Source: Trueperaceae bacterium
GTDB taxonomy: Bacteria; Deinococcota; Deinococci; Deinococcales; Trueperaceae
DNA: 64,000 nucleotides
Assembly: GCA_965215565.1 (NCBI GenBank)
Contig: CBDCDZ010000004.1
Span: 2,528,001-2,592,000, forward strand
Direction of reading: 5' to 3'
The notes beneath the pieces are model-generated. The model searched no databases, was not told where the DNA came from, and saw nothing but the letters and a program-made list of their open reading frames with translations. Positions within the stretch are counted from its first letter, which is position 1. Each line of letters starts with the position of its first letter. Below are positions 37,979-49,105 of the stretch, piece by piece. The position numbers and the translations under genes are program-made.

Positions 37979-38349
37979 CCTCTCGCCCAGGTCCGCGCCT
38001 GTCCCTCTTCCTCCGGCCCAAAGGTTTTCACTTTGGCTTCGGTAAGAGGTGAAGCAAGCTCAGTTGCCGCGTCTTCCCAGCTTTCGTCTCCGACCACGGC
38101 GACTTTCTCGAAATCGTTCAGGTGCTTCGCGTCGAACTTGAGGTCTTCCCATAAGGCTCCGGGCGTTGCGCCTTCAAACTGGGTGATGTCTAAAAGTAGC
38201 CTGACCTTGCCGTGCTCTTGGATAAGCTCCTCGAGCCTCGGCACCACCCGTTCGTAATCCTCTTCGCTCACCTTACCGTCGGTGCGAATCACCGCGAGTT
38301 TAGGCGCTTCGATACTGAGTTCGTACATACTCTCCCCTTTCGTACTCAT
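37975..38349 (-). CDS. SpoIIAA-like (STAS/SEC14) protein
   Basis: GKVSEEDY, HGKVRLLL, ALWEDLKFD, KVAVVGD. Confidence 0.85.
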   Translation of the reverse strand: MSTKGESMYELSIEAPKLAVIRTDGKVSEEDYERVVPRLEELIQEHGKVRLLLDITQFEGATPGALWEDLKFDAKHLNDFEKVAVVGDESWEDAATELASPLTEAKVKTFGPEEEGQARTWARG

Positions 38350-38415
38350 GTTAAAGCGCCGCCACTGACTTGACTGCGGCGCAAACGTAGAAGCGTCAGG
38401 CGGAGCGTTCTCTCG

Positions 38416-38766
38416 TTACGAACGGATAGGTTTGTTAGCTGGGCTCGCCAACGTCTCTATCTGGTCAGCGTCACCGCAGGTTTGGCCTATTTCAGCGAGC
38501 CGCACCTGTACCTCGCTGACGAGGCGGGCAAAACGGTCCACTTCGCCTACGACGCGCTGTAAGTTGCGCTCGGGGCTCGAGTCGCCGCTGTAGTTTTGAA
38601 GAATGATGTTGACCAGGCACCGCGCCGCTTCCTCTTCTAAAGAGGCGGCGCGGCTTGGGTCAGGACCTACGTCATCGTAGGCGCATCTAAAAAAATCACT
38701 CGGGTAGGTTTCGTCGATAAGGTATATCAGCGTATCTAACAAATAGGTATTGTGGTACTTACGCAT
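38416..38766 (-). CDS. Hypothetical protein
   Basis: 116-aa ORF filling the intergenic space. Confidence 0.5.
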   Translation of the reverse strand: MRKYHNTYLLDTLIYLIDETYPSDFFRCAYDDVGPDPSRAASLEEEAARCLVNIILQNYSGDSSPERNLQRVVGEVDRFARLVSEVQVRLAEIGQTCGDADQIETLASPANKPIRS

Positions 38767-38821
38767 AGCCCTAAGTCTGCCATTTTTGGTGCGGAAACGA
38801 TGTTCTCTTTCTTACTTTGTA

Positions 38822-38954
38822 TAGCAGGTATCATCTGGTCAGCTACACTCTATACTTACAGGAACATCGTTTCCTAACGGAAAACTGCGTAATTAGCACG
38901 CATTCTAAGGGATGATATCTGCGAAAAGTGTAGCAATGAAACGTAGAAGCGCTA
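38822..38954 (+). repeat. TAGCAGGTATCATCTGGT repeat family copy
   Basis: Exact IS110 target at 38824-38839; GAAAACTGCGTAA-T-GCACGCA shared with the 45305 copy. Confidence 0.8.
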
Positions 38955-39057
38955 GTAATTAGATTCACATAAAGACGAGGGGCTAGAGCGCCACAATCTC
39001 TCGCGGCAATGTCAGTACTGCTCTAATCTCAACACTTCAAATCGCCTAAAGTTGGGC

Positions 39058-39711
39058 ATGACGAAACTTTTGGTAACAGGCGGCAATGGGTTTATCGGCG
39101 GTGAAGTCTGCAAAGTTGCGCTACAAAGAGGGTGTGAGGTCATCGGCGTAGCGCGGAGCGGTGGACCTGACCTAGACGAGCCCTGGGTAAAAGAGGTCAC
39201 GTGGGTCAAAGCGAACGTCTTAGAGCCCAACCTCTGGCGAGCCCACCTAGCGGGTTGTGACGCGGTAGTCCACTCTATCGGCATCCTCAAAGAGCAGCCG
39301 GATAAGGGCGTGACCTTCGAGCGCATCAACGGCGACACCGCTATCGTCGCAGTAGAAGAGGCGGAGCGAGCGGGCGTAAGCGCGTTCGTGTTCGTGTCCG
39401 CCTCCACCACGCCGCCGACAGTGGACGGAGCCTATCTAGAGCATAAGCGCCGCGCCGAAGAAGAGATCGCGAAAAGAAGTCTGCGCCCCGTCATCTTACG
39501 CCCGTCGCTCGTGTACGGCTCTAGACGCCCTCTCTCCAACGTCGTCGGCAAGGCAGTTGAGTTCGCGCAAAAAATCCCTGGCGTTTCCAAAGAGGACAGC
39601 CCAATGTCAGTCGAGACCTTGGCGAAGGCGGCAGTCAACGCCGCACTTCGAGAAGAGGTCAGCGGAATTCTGGATGTGGGCACAATTGAGGCGTTGGGGA
39701 AAGATAGTTAA
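39058..39711 (+). CDS. NAD-dependent epimerase/dehydratase (NDUFA9-like)
   Basis: TGGNGFIG, YLEHKRRAE, LRPSLVYG. Confidence 0.85.
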   Translation: MTKLLVTGGNGFIGGEVCKVALQRGCEVIGVARSGGPDLDEPWVKEVTWVKANVLEPNLWRAHLAGCDAVVHSIGILKEQPDKGVTFERINGDTAIVAVEEAERAGVSAFVFVSASTTPPTVDGAYLEHKRRAEEEIAKRSLRPVILRPSLVYGSRRPLSNVVGKAVEFAQKIPGVSKEDSPMSVETLAKAAVNAALREEVSGILDVGTIEALGKDS

Positions 39712-39782
39712 AAGCAACGAGCAATGAGCAATGAGTCTAAAGATTTTTACTCATTGCTCATTGCTCGTTACTCATTGCTCTT

Positions 39783-40607
39783 TTATGCAACTACCCGCTT
39801 ACGCATCCGCCACACGCTAAAGGCGCAGAGCGCCGCGCCCACCCCTAAGAGGTACAGCGCACTCCAGGCGAGCCCCGCCACCTCGCCGTTCACGACGCCG
39901 CGCAGAAGCTGAACACCGTGATAAAGAGGCGTCGCTTTGGCGAACGCCACCAAAAAACCGGGGAAACGCTCCTCGACGGGGAAGAAGATATCCGAGAAGA
40001 GAAAGGAGGGCGTGACGAACATGATGAAGAAGTAGGTGAAGAGGTCGATGCTTTTCACGACAGACGTAAATGCCAGACCGATGGCGGAGAAGCAGAAGCC
40101 CGTGAGGATGATGGCGAAGGGCGCGAGTAAGAGCCAGGGCGTGAGCGGTACGCCGAAAAAGAGCGTGATGAGAAGGAAGATGCCGCCGTACATCGCCGAG
40201 CGCGTCGTCGCCCAGAGCGTCTCCCCGATGACGACATCTTCCATATTCACACGAGTCGCCACCACCGCGTCATAAATCCTGTGAATATCGAGCTTGACGA
40301 AGACGTTATACGTCGTTTCGAAGACCGCACCGTTCATCGCGGAGGCGGCAACCAAACCGGGCGCGATAAAGGCGACGTAGCCGTTCTCAAAGGTGCCGCC
40401 GCCCGACACGTACGCCCCTAAGCCCACCCCGAGACCCAAGAGGTAGAAGACCGGCTCGAAGAAGTTCGGCACGAGCGAGTACATCCAGCGGTGCTTGTAG
40501 ACGCGGGCGTTGCGCTCCCAGACGCGCCACGCGCCCGTTAGAGAGATGAGCTTGCGGGAGCCGTAGCCGCCCTTTCGACTTGCCGAACCGAGTGAAGATT
40601 GTGCCAC
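39783..40607 (-). CDS. ABC-2 permease (NodJ-like)
   Basis: EPVFYLLGLG.GLG, FIAPGL, FLFSDIFFP, TPLYHGV; GAGGT RBS before GTG 40607. Confidence 0.85.
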   Translation of the reverse strand: MAQSSLGSASRKGGYGSRKLISLTGAWRVWERNARVYKHRWMYSLVPNFFEPVFYLLGLGVGLGAYVSGGGTFENGYVAFIAPGLVAASAMNGAVFETTYNVFVKLDIHRIYDAVVATRVNMEDVVIGETLWATTRSAMYGGIFLLITLFFGVPLTPWLLLAPFAIILTGFCFSAIGLAFTSVVKSIDLFTYFFIMFVTPSFLFSDIFFPVEERFPGFLVAFAKATPLYHGVQLLRGVVNGEVAGLAWSALYLLGVGAALCAFSVWRMRKRVVA

Positions 40608-40674
40608 TTGATACCTCTTTAACTTCCGTGCAATTTTGTTACTTCTCAATACCTCTTGACCTCGCTCAACGAAT

Positions 40675-41235
40675 TCACAGATTGAACGACCTATCTCCGA
40701 ACAGATACGTCGGCTTACCGTCCAAACTGACCTCATTCTTTTCGCGCCTATAGTCTACGAGCTTCGCCTCACCCTTGCGCTCTGCCCACCGGATGAGGTC
40801 ATCGCGCTCACTCACGTAGTCGAAGAAGGGAACGCTCATTCCGCAAGAGGTCTGCACCAAGTCAACGTTCAGGTCGAAGATTTGGCGCGTGCCGGGCAGG
40901 TCAGGAAAGAGGCCCGCGAGGTCAGACCAAGCCGCGTCTCTAGGATGAACTACCTCAGCCTGTCCGTAGAGCCGTAAGATCATCGGGCGGCCCTCAAAGG
41001 CGCAAAACATGAGGGTCATGCGGTTGGTTTCGGCGACGTGCGCGGCGCTCTCATTGCCGCTGCCCGTGACGCTGAGCCAGACCACGCGGTTTGGACTGAG
41101 TACACGCAGAGAGTCCATCCCCTTGGGTGAAATGTTGACGCGCCCGTCACAGCTCGCTGTGCCGACAAAGAAGAGGTTTTGCGCCTCGATAAAGGTTTGG
41201 TGGACGCTGCTTATCTGCTCATACTGCTTACCCAT
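40675..41235 (-). CDS. Pyridoxamine 5'-phosphate oxidase-like protein
   Basis: FFVGTA, NISPKG, TGSGNESAAH, VQTSCG; AAGGAGG RBS. Confidence 0.85.
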   Translation of the reverse strand: MGKQYEQISSVHQTFIEAQNLFFVGTASCDGRVNISPKGMDSLRVLSPNRVVWLSVTGSGNESAAHVAETNRMTLMFCAFEGRPMILRLYGQAEVVHPRDAAWSDLAGLFPDLPGTRQIFDLNVDLVQTSCGMSVPFFDYVSERDDLIRWAERKGEAKLVDYRREKNEVSLDGKPTYLFGDRSFNL

Positions 41236-41315
41236 GATGCCTCCTTAGTTGAAAGCAATGAGCAATGAGCAGAAGGTTCTAGACTCGTTGCTTTCAACTC
41301 ATTGCTCATTGCTAT

Positions 41316-42290
<975 letters not shown>

Positions 42291-42432
42291 TTTAGCACCT
42301 CGAGCCTCATCATAAGACCTCTTCACGGCTTGCGGGTGTAGGCGAGAGCGCACCCGCTCGCCCCGAAAAACCGTGTGCTGACGCGCTATCCTCACGCGCT
42401 TTCTCTTGCTACGTTCTTTATGGAGGGTAGAT

Positions 42433-42651
42433 ATGGGTAGCTATAACAAAGGCGACACCGTTTCTTGGTCTTGGGGCAACGGCCGCGCCTCGGGTAAAAT
42501 CACCGAGAAGCATAAGGACGACGTGACGAAGACGATCAAAGGTAGCGAGGTCACGAAACACGGCACCGAAGACAACCCCGCCATCCTTATCGAGCAGGAC
42601 GACGGAACGCAGGTCTTAAAACTCGAGAGTGAAGTCGAGAAGGAGTCTTAG
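42433..42651 (+). CDS. DUF2945 (Tudor-like) small protein
   Basis: GDTVSWSWGNG...TIKGSEV...DNPA; GGAGG RBS. Confidence 0.75.
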   Translation: MGSYNKGDTVSWSWGNGRASGKITEKHKDDVTKTIKGSEVTKHGTEDNPAILIEQDDGTQVLKLESEVEKES

Positions 42652-42924
42652 ATGGCAGACAGCAAAACCACCACGGATCACGACACCATCAAGAAGTGGG
42701 CGGAAGAGAGGAACGGGCACCCCGCCACCGTAGAGCGCACCGCCGAAGGCGACGAAGCGGGCATCTTGCGCATCGAGTTTGAGCAGGGCGACAGCAACGC
42801 GCTTACTGAGATAAGCTGGGACGAATTCTTCAGCAAATTCGAAGAGGAGAACTTGGCGTTTTTGTACCAAGAGGAGACGAGTGACGGCGAGACGAGCCGG
42901 TTTTTTAAGCTGGTAAGCCGCTAA
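42652..42924 (+). CDS. Small acidic conserved hypothetical protein
   Basis: TTTDHDTIKKWAEER...ISWDEFFSKFEEENLAFLYQ; adjacent to the DUF2945 gene. Confidence 0.75.
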   Translation: MADSKTTTDHDTIKKWAEERNGHPATVERTAEGDEAGILRIEFEQGDSNALTEISWDEFFSKFEEENLAFLYQEETSDGETSRFFKLVSR

Positions 42925-42937
42925 CTTTTCAGGTATA

Positions 42938-43015
42938 TAGCAAGTATCATTTGGTTTGAAACGCTCTCACGATGTAGAACACTGTGCAGCACGCACATTT
43001 GAGAATGATACTTGC
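42938..43015. repeat. Short palindromic form of the repeat family
   Basis: GCAAGTATCATT...AATGATACTTGC inverted ends. Confidence 0.8.
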
Positions 43016-43068
43016 GCTATTCCAATCAGTACTCATGTTAATTGCTATAACTAGCGCGAGGAGGCGTT

Positions 43069-43323
43069 ATGGGTATCATCTTGTGGATCATCTTCGGAGC
43101 GCTTGCGGGCTGGGTTGCCAGTCTTATCGTCGGCACAAATGACCAACAGGGCTGTTTGATCGACATTATCGTGGGCATTATTGGGGCGTTCATCGGCGGC
43201 TTCGTGTTCTCACGGCTTATCGGTGTAGGCATCTCGGGGTTTAATTTCTCGAGCCTGCTTGTAGCCATTGCCGGTGCGGTGATTCTGCTCTTTATCGTCA
43301 AGGCGATTCGAGGGCGGACCTGA
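43069..43323 (+). CDS. GlsB/YeaQ/YmgE stress-response membrane protein
   Basis: WIIFGALAGWVAS, IVGIIGAFIGG, AIAGAVILL. Confidence 0.9.
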   Translation: MGIILWIIFGALAGWVASLIVGTNDQQGCLIDIIVGIIGAFIGGFVFSRLIGVGISGFNFSSLLVAIAGAVILLFIVKAIRGRT

Positions 43324-43411
43324 ACGCATTGAATTAAGAGGTACAGGAAGTTTAAGAACGTGTAGGGGCACATATTTATTACTGTATGAATCGCCCCTAC
43401 GCCGCATTAGA

Positions 43412-43565
43412 TAGCACTTCCAAAACATATTGAGACAGAGTGCCGCAGGTCTCAGCGAAGCTAGCGGGATTTCACCTCACAACGTGCGTGCTAATTACGA
43501 AGTTTTCACGCAGTGAAACAGTGTTTTCTACAGTGGGGGTGCCTCAGACCAGATGATACCTGCTA
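43412..43565 (-). repeat. 154-bp MITE/REP-like repeat, long form
   Basis: Near-identical to 37375-37528; exact IS110 target at 43548-43563. Confidence 0.9.
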
Positions 43566-43590
43566 AGAGACGCTACGGTTTCGTTTTGAA

Positions 43591-44208
43591 CTAGGCGTGT
43601 TCTTTTAGCACCTCACCTACCGTTTGCAACATATAGTTCATCGAGACTGCCCCAGGATCGAGATGTCCCTCTCCCCGGCCGACTTGCGCCGCGCGCCCCT
43701 TCTCGCTCTTCATCTCTTTAGTCGCTTCCATCCCCTCTTTCGCTGCGGGCAGGGCGCTCTGCCACGCCTCGGCGAGCGGTTTATCCTTCTCGCCTTCCAA
43801 CGCCTCTAAAAAGGGGTGCAGCGTGTCGAGCATCGTCTTCTGCCCCGGCTCGGCGTTGCCTAGCTTTTTCATGCGCTCGTAGCCTAAGCGCATCGCCCCA
43901 AGCACGCCCGCCGTCGTCACCTCTTCGGGGAGCTTGTTGCCGGTGGTGATGATCAAGATGCCCACGAGCGCCCCCGACGAGCCGCCCGCTGCGTCCGAAA
44001 AGGCTGCGCCCGCGTCGCTGATGACGTCGGCGACACCTTTACCCTCGGTTGCGTCCGCTGAGCGCCGCGCCGCCCTAAGCCCCCGCACCATGCCGACGCC
44101 GTGGTCGCCGTCGCCCGCCACCGAGTCGAGCTTACCGAGTTCGTCCTCGTGCTCGCTAATCACCCTGTAGACCTCTTGAAAAATCGCTTTGACGACGTCA
44201 ACTGACAT
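43591..44208 (-). CDS. dhaL: Dihydroxyacetone kinase L subunit-like
   Basis: LDSVAGDGDHG, GGSSGAL, KTMLD, KGRA, DPGA. Confidence 0.88.
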   Translation of the reverse strand: MSVDVVKAIFQEVYRVISEHEDELGKLDSVAGDGDHGVGMVRGLRAARRSADATEGKGVADVISDAGAAFSDAAGGSSGALVGILIITTGNKLPEEVTTAGVLGAMRLGYERMKKLGNAEPGQKTMLDTLHPFLEALEGEKDKPLAEAWQSALPAAKEGMEATKEMKSEKGRAAQVGRGEGHLDPGAVSMNYMLQTVGEVLKEHA

Positions 44209-44210
44209 CT

Positions 44211-45212
44211 CTAACCTCCGGTGTGGGTGTAAGCGGGCGTAGACGCTGGCGCTTCGACAAGCTCCTGCAACTCGTCGTCCAACCAGAAGAGCGTCAGCGA
44301 GCAGCCTGCCATGTCGAGCGAGGACACGACTTGGTTGACGATGGGACGGTAGATTTCGAAGTCGCCGCTGAGCTTTTTGTGCACGCTCCCGTAGAGGACG
44401 AACAGCTCTTCGGGGCTCGTGCGTCCGAGCGTATTCACGATGACGCCGACGCGGTTGCCCTCGACTCGGGGTGCGTCCGCTAAGATGCGTTGAATCATCA
44501 GGTCAGCGATTTCGTGCGCGGGGCGCAGCTCGCCCGTCTCGACACCGGGCTCGCCGTGAATGCCCAAACCGAGTTCCATCTCGCCCTCGTCCACGGTGAA
44601 AAGCGGTTCGCTCTGACCGGGCAGCGTACAGCCCGCAAACGCGACGCCGTAGGTACGGATTCTCTCGTTGACCTTGTCGCCAATGTGTTTGACCTCTTTA
44701 AGACTGTCGCCTCTCGCCGCGCTTGCGCCCGTACACTTGTAGACGAAAAACCCGCCCGCCACGCCGCGCCGCTTCTCACGCTCGTCCGGTCCGCCCGACG
44801 CCACGTCGTCGGTAATCAGCACACTGTCGACTTGGGTGCCGTCGTCCTCTAAGCGCATCCCCGCCATGTTGAAGTTCATCACGTCGCCCGAATAGTTAGC
44901 GACACAAAAGAGGATGCCCGCGCCCCCGTCCACTGCTTTGGAGACGCGGTAGACTTGCTCACCCGATGGGCTGGTAAAAACGTCTCCGATAACTGACGCG
45001 CTCAGCATCCCCTCGCCCACGACGCCCGCGAACGTCGGGTAGTGCCCCGAGCCGCCCCCGTTGATGACCGAGACGTGGCCCTTTTTCGGTGCGCCGTGCG
45101 CCATCACGCCCGCCGCGTTCGGCACACGCTTCCAGTAGCGGCTATACGCCGCCGCCATCCCGGTAATAAGTTCCTCCTTGAAGTCCGTTGGGTCGTTAAC
45201 AAGATTCGCCAC
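44211..45212 (-). CDS. dhaK: Dihydroxyacetone kinase K subunit-like
   Basis: GGGSGHYP, FTSPS, NYSGDVMNF, RRGVAG, GLGIHGEPG, SLDMAG. Confidence 0.9.
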   Translation of the reverse strand: MANLVNDPTDFKEELITGMAAAYSRYWKRVPNAAGVMAHGAPKKGHVSVINGGGSGHYPTFAGVVGEGMLSASVIGDVFTSPSGEQVYRVSKAVDGGAGILFCVANYSGDVMNFNMAGMRLEDDGTQVDSVLITDDVASGGPDEREKRRGVAGGFFVYKCTGASAARGDSLKEVKHIGDKVNERIRTYGVAFAGCTLPGQSEPLFTVDEGEMELGLGIHGEPGVETGELRPAHEIADLMIQRILADAPRVEGNRVGVIVNTLGRTSPEELFVLYGSVHKKLSGDFEIYRPIVNQVVSSLDMAGCSLTLFWLDDELQELVEAPASTPAYTHTGG

Positions 45213-45304
45213 GCGCTACTCCTCTCATTCGTTTATAGGTTGTTCATAGAGTGTAACGTATAGGCGAGGCGTCTACCGGGGTTAGGCGGATACGCGCTTA
45301 CGTT

Positions 45305-45460
45305 TAGCAGGTATCATCCGGTCGGAGACACTCTCGCTTTGTAAAACGATGTTTCCTGCGGAAAACTGCGTAACTGGCACGCACTTTGAGGGATGAAATC
45401 CCGCTAGCTCTGCGAGCTGAGACCTGTACTCATCCGTCTCAGTATGTCTTGGAACTGCTA
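45305..45460 (+). repeat. Long-form repeat copy in the opposite orientation
   Basis: TAGCAGGTATCATCCGGTC...TTGGAACTGCTA; colinear with the reverse complement of 43412-43565. Confidence 0.82.
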
Positions 45461-45530
45461 GTTAATGCGAATCTATGCAGACCGTTGAGTTATAGAAAAT
45501 GCCTCGAGCACACGCTGCAACCCTCGAGCC

Positions 45531-46292
45531 CTAATCTATTTCGCGGTAGTGGTAGGCGTACAGCGTCTTAAAGCCCAACTGCGTGTAGAGCGCCCTTGCC
45601 GCCCTATTCTCCTCAGCCACTTGCAGATACATCACGCCCGCGTCCCTTTGCGCCCCCCAAATCGCCAGCGCGTGGACGGCAGAGCGCGCCGCGCCGCGCC
45701 TGCGCAAACTCGGCAGCGTCGCCATGTTGAAAAGCCCGAGTTGACCGCGCTCCAACACACCTAGACCTACCGCCGCCGGGATGCCCGCAAGTTTCACCGT
45801 GACAAAAGCTGCGTGCGAAGGAATGCGCTGGAAGAGGATACGTTTTGCCTCGAGCTTATACCCCTCTACCCCCGCACTCTGCGCGAAGAGGTTGAGCCAG
45901 TCAGCGGTGAGGCACAGGTCTATCACCGCGTCCGGCACAGCTTGCTTCACCACGCGCCCCAACACCTTGGTAAGCGGCGCACGCTGAATAATTGCGCCGC
46001 TGCTGGCACGGTAGCCTCTCGCGGCGAGCGCGTCGTCCAGATTTTGCGGCTGCGATACGGGGCAGAGTTGAAACCGCGCAGGCTTACCTAAGCGTTCATA
46101 AAACGCCTCGGCGCGGTCTACCTTCTCGTTCAGCGGCGTATCTGGTACATCATATTCCGCCAGCACCGAATTCGCTCTTCGCGTTCCGCCTCCATCAGCG
46201 CGGAGCCGCCAACCCTCGTCCAAGCGAAGTAGCGAAGGGGGTAGGGCGTTAGCGGCGGCTTGCTCGAGGCTTTGAATGTCTTTCATCACCAT
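45531..46292 (-). CDS. GNAT acetyltransferase
   Basis: GWRLRA...RRANSV; LRRRGAAR; LQVAEENRAARALYTQLGF. Confidence 0.88.
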   Translation of the reverse strand: MVMKDIQSLEQAAANALPPSLLRLDEGWRLRADGGGTRRANSVLAEYDVPDTPLNEKVDRAEAFYERLGKPARFQLCPVSQPQNLDDALAARGYRASSGAIIQRAPLTKVLGRVVKQAVPDAVIDLCLTADWLNLFAQSAGVEGYKLEAKRILFQRIPSHAAFVTVKLAGIPAAVGLGVLERGQLGLFNMATLPSLRRRGAARSAVHALAIWGAQRDAGVMYLQVAEENRAARALYTQLGFKTLYAYHYREID

Positions 46293-46300
46293 AAAATATA

Positions 46301-46336
46301 GAAAAAGCGCTCAACCTCTTCGCTGAGCGTTTTTCA
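46301..46336. terminator. Terminator hairpin after the PPIase gene
   Basis: GAAAAAGCGCTCA...TGAGCGTTTTTC. Confidence 0.6.
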
Positions 46337-46378
46337 AGTGTAATAGAACGCTCTTTAGAGTCGCTGAGCTTGAATCAC

Positions 46379-46454
46379 GCAGGTATCATTCTATCGCTTG
46401 CGAGCTAAACAATACTTTATCTGCTGGGAGCGTTGATGACCAGATGATACCTGC
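46379..46454. repeat. Short palindromic form of the repeat family
   Basis: GCAGGTATCAT...ATGATACCTGC; exact IS110 target at 46439-46454. Confidence 0.82.
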
Positions 46455-46460
46455 TGTACT

Positions 46461-46889
46461 TTAGACGATTTCGACGAGTTCAATCTCGAACATGAGGTCT
46501 TTACCCGCTAATGGGTGATTCGCGTCGAGCGTCACCGTGTTGTCCGAGAGGTCTGTGACCGTCACCGAAACGGCTTGTCCGCTCTCTTGGCGTACCTGCA
46601 GTTGCTGACCAAGTTGGAGTTCAATCTCGTTTGGAACTTGCTCGCGGTCGACTTCCATCACCATGTCGTCGCGGCGCGGACCGTAGGCTTTATCGGCTGG
46701 GATGCGCTCGAGCTTCGTCTCCCCCGTCTCCATCCCCGTGACAATCTCTTCAAAGCCCGCGATGATGTTGCCGCCGCCCAGCGTGAATTCTAAGGGCTCG
46801 CGGTCCTTTGACGAATCGAAAACGGTGCCGTCCTCTAAAGTTCCTTGATAATGCACCTTGACGGTGTCGCCATTCTGTGCTTGTGCCAT
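46461..46889 (-). CDS. slyD: FKBP-type peptidyl-prolyl isomerase (SlyD-like, no His tail)
   Basis: VKVHYQGTLEDGTVFDSS, AYG, LDANHPLAGKDL. Confidence 0.9.
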   Translation of the reverse strand: MAQAQNGDTVKVHYQGTLEDGTVFDSSKDREPLEFTLGGGNIIAGFEEIVTGMETGETKLERIPADKAYGPRRDDMVMEVDREQVPNEIELQLGQQLQVRQESGQAVSVTVTDLSDNTVTLDANHPLAGKDLMFEIELVEIV

Positions 46890-47006
46890 GTGCTGCTCCT
46901 TCCCGATATTGACCCTATCGGTATGAGGAGCCAATACCCTATCCATTTAGGGTAACGCAGATGCGTGAGATGTCTGTAGTCTGACCCAAAACGGAACGCG
47001 CTCATA

Positions 47007-47699
47007 TCACGCCGAAGAAGTCGCTCGAGTCTCAGCCATCTCTTGTCCCTCTTTTTTAACCCACCGCTTCGGCGCTTCGGTTTGGGGCGGCGCACCGAAG
47101 AACGTATCTTCGTTCCACAGCGCGACGGGCACCGAGACCGCAGAGGCGAGAACAAGCCAAGGGACGAGCGTAGAGAGCGACGCGACAACTTTGGGGTCCT
47201 CGAGTTTCTCGAGCGCAACGTAAACACTCGCTATACCTAGCCCAAGGTCTGCCACCGACATCGCTGCACCCAGCCTCGGCGAACGAAGCCCGAAATAAGC
47301 CGCATTAAAAGAGGCGTAATTCAGCAACGAGGTTCCCTGTAAGGCGAGGTATGCGCTGCGCCCCGGCGTCTCTTCAGGCTTGTTGAGGACGCGGATTAAG
47401 CCAGAGACTCGAGCCGTATTGTTCACCGCCCACGCAACGGGAAACGCCAGACCCGGCGGCGCGTAGACAGGCTGCTTGAGGCTCTCGTAGAAGGGGTCTT
47501 GCGCCTTTCTATCTGTTCTATTACCCGTCGAGCGTTCCGCGAGCTTACCGAGCCCATAGCTTATAGCTTCAGTAGCGGCGTAGGCGAGCAGCCCGTGATA
47601 CCAACGCCAGCGCTTTGGCTTCTGGTCCTCGAGATGCTCTACGCTGACCTCTTCTTGCCGCGTGACCTCTCGCGATACCTCTTGTTTTGTAACGTCCAT
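47007..47699 (-). CDS. TspO/MBR family protein
   Basis: FYESLKQPVYAPPGLAFPVAW, YFGLRSP, LVPWLVLA. Confidence 0.8.
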   Translation of the reverse strand: MDVTKQEVSREVTRQEEVSVEHLEDQKPKRWRWYHGLLAYAATEAISYGLGKLAERSTGNRTDRKAQDPFYESLKQPVYAPPGLAFPVAWAVNNTARVSGLIRVLNKPEETPGRSAYLALQGTSLLNYASFNAAYFGLRSPRLGAAMSVADLGLGIASVYVALEKLEDPKVVASLSTLVPWLVLASAVSVPVALWNEDTFFGAPPQTEAPKRWVKKEGQEMAETRATSSA

Positions 47700-47796
47700 C
47701 TTCTAACCTCCTCAACCTTAGATTGACACCCTCTTGTCCTATTCCTTCTCTGCGAAGTTGAGGCTCGAGCCCTTCCCAAACCTCTATAATGATTGT

Positions 47797-48267
47797 ATGA
47801 CAAAGAAGCTGCAAAATCAAGTTACTGCACAAAGCAGAAACATAGATGAAGAGGTACAAGCAGCGTTTCAGAGACTTAACGCGATGCTCCTCACGATGAG
47901 CGCCAAAGTTGCTGAGGACACAAGTTTCACCCTGACTGAAATTTTGGTGTGCGAGCACTTGCGTTTATACGGACCGCTTACACCTAAAGAGGTTGGTGAG
48001 CGCGTCGGGCTCAGTTCGGGCGCGGTGACGCGGCTTTTAGACAGATTGGAGGAAAGAGGGTTTACCAACCGCGCCCCTCATCCGAGTGACAGACGCAAAG
48101 TTTTAGTGCACTATGTCGAGCAAGATGCCCAAAACGTGAAACGACCTCTCGCCCTTTTTGAAAGACTGGGGCAGATACTTGATACGCTAGAGACGTCTGA
48201 AAAGCAAATGGTTTTGACGTTTATGAATGAGATGATTGGGGCGGTTGAGGAGAGTTTAGACGGATAA
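47797..48267 (+). CDS. MarR-family regulator, divergent from tspO
   Basis: GLSSGAVTRLLDRLEERG, HPSDRRKV. Confidence 0.9.
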   Translation: MTKKLQNQVTAQSRNIDEEVQAAFQRLNAMLLTMSAKVAEDTSFTLTEILVCEHLRLYGPLTPKEVGERVGLSSGAVTRLLDRLEERGFTNRAPHPSDRRKVLVHYVEQDAQNVKRPLALFERLGQILDTLETSEKQMVLTFMNEMIGAVEESLDG

Positions 48268-48280
48268 AGGTCAGTAGTTT

Positions 48281-48835
48281 TTACGATACGTTGATGCTTA
48301 TGTATAAGTACCAGGGACCGTCAATGTGTCTGAATCTTAAATCATTATTGTATAACGAGCTACTTTCTAATTTATCTTCAAGCCTGCTAGGGTCTACGGG
48401 CTCTGTAGAGTAAAGATAGCCCTTTACTGCGTAGCTCGATTCTGTATCGAAAAGCGTCATCTCCCTCCTTTTGGATCGACTTATATAGACCTCTTTATAG
48501 TTACCGCGTTCCATGTTGAGAGACGCAAGGTCCAGAGTGTTCATGATTTCTGACGGATTACCGAATCCGGTTTCAACCCTTTTGCCGTCTTCTAAGATGG
48601 CATAGTAGGTTTCGGTTGCTCTATTTCGGTAGCACGGTGGACCGTCACAGGACCTCAAAATTTTTAGATCATTCGCCCGCAGAGCGCTTGTCGCTAATTC
48701 ATTGAATAGCTGTTCGTTCTTCTGAAAGTGTCGAATCATTGCCTTGTCACTATAGTTGATGTCAACAGAGCAACCTGATAGAGCACTTAAAAGCGTGAGG
48801 TACAGGAAAACGATAGCGAACCTTCTCGGATACAT
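48281..48835 (-). CDS. AT-rich hypothetical lipoprotein
   Basis: Lipobox LSGC; C-terminal RHIDGPWYLY. Confidence 0.6.
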   Translation of the reverse strand: MYPRRFAIVFLYLTLLSALSGCSVDINYSDKAMIRHFQKNEQLFNELATSALRANDLKILRSCDGPPCYRNRATETYYAILEDGKRVETGFGNPSEIMNTLDLASLNMERGNYKEVYISRSKRREMTLFDTESSYAVKGYLYSTEPVDPSRLEDKLESSSLYNNDLRFRHIDGPWYLYISINVS

Positions 48836-49105
48836 AAGACTTCTCAACTCTTTTTTACCACTCTCCACAATTATCATCCGTGACGAAAAACCATCACCTT
48901 ACTCCAAAGTGTTCTGTTATTCAGTGCCGCTTCCGCGCCTTCCATGTCCCACCATACACATACGTCGGCTCATCCTCTTTGAACTTAGGCAAACAGTCAA
49001 TACAAACGAATATCCACCCGTCCGTCTCACTGTTCTGGATGCGGTAGAACGTATCTCTTTCCCTTTCACAGTTATCACACCTCTTCGTGCGGACGCGCTT
49101 CGCCT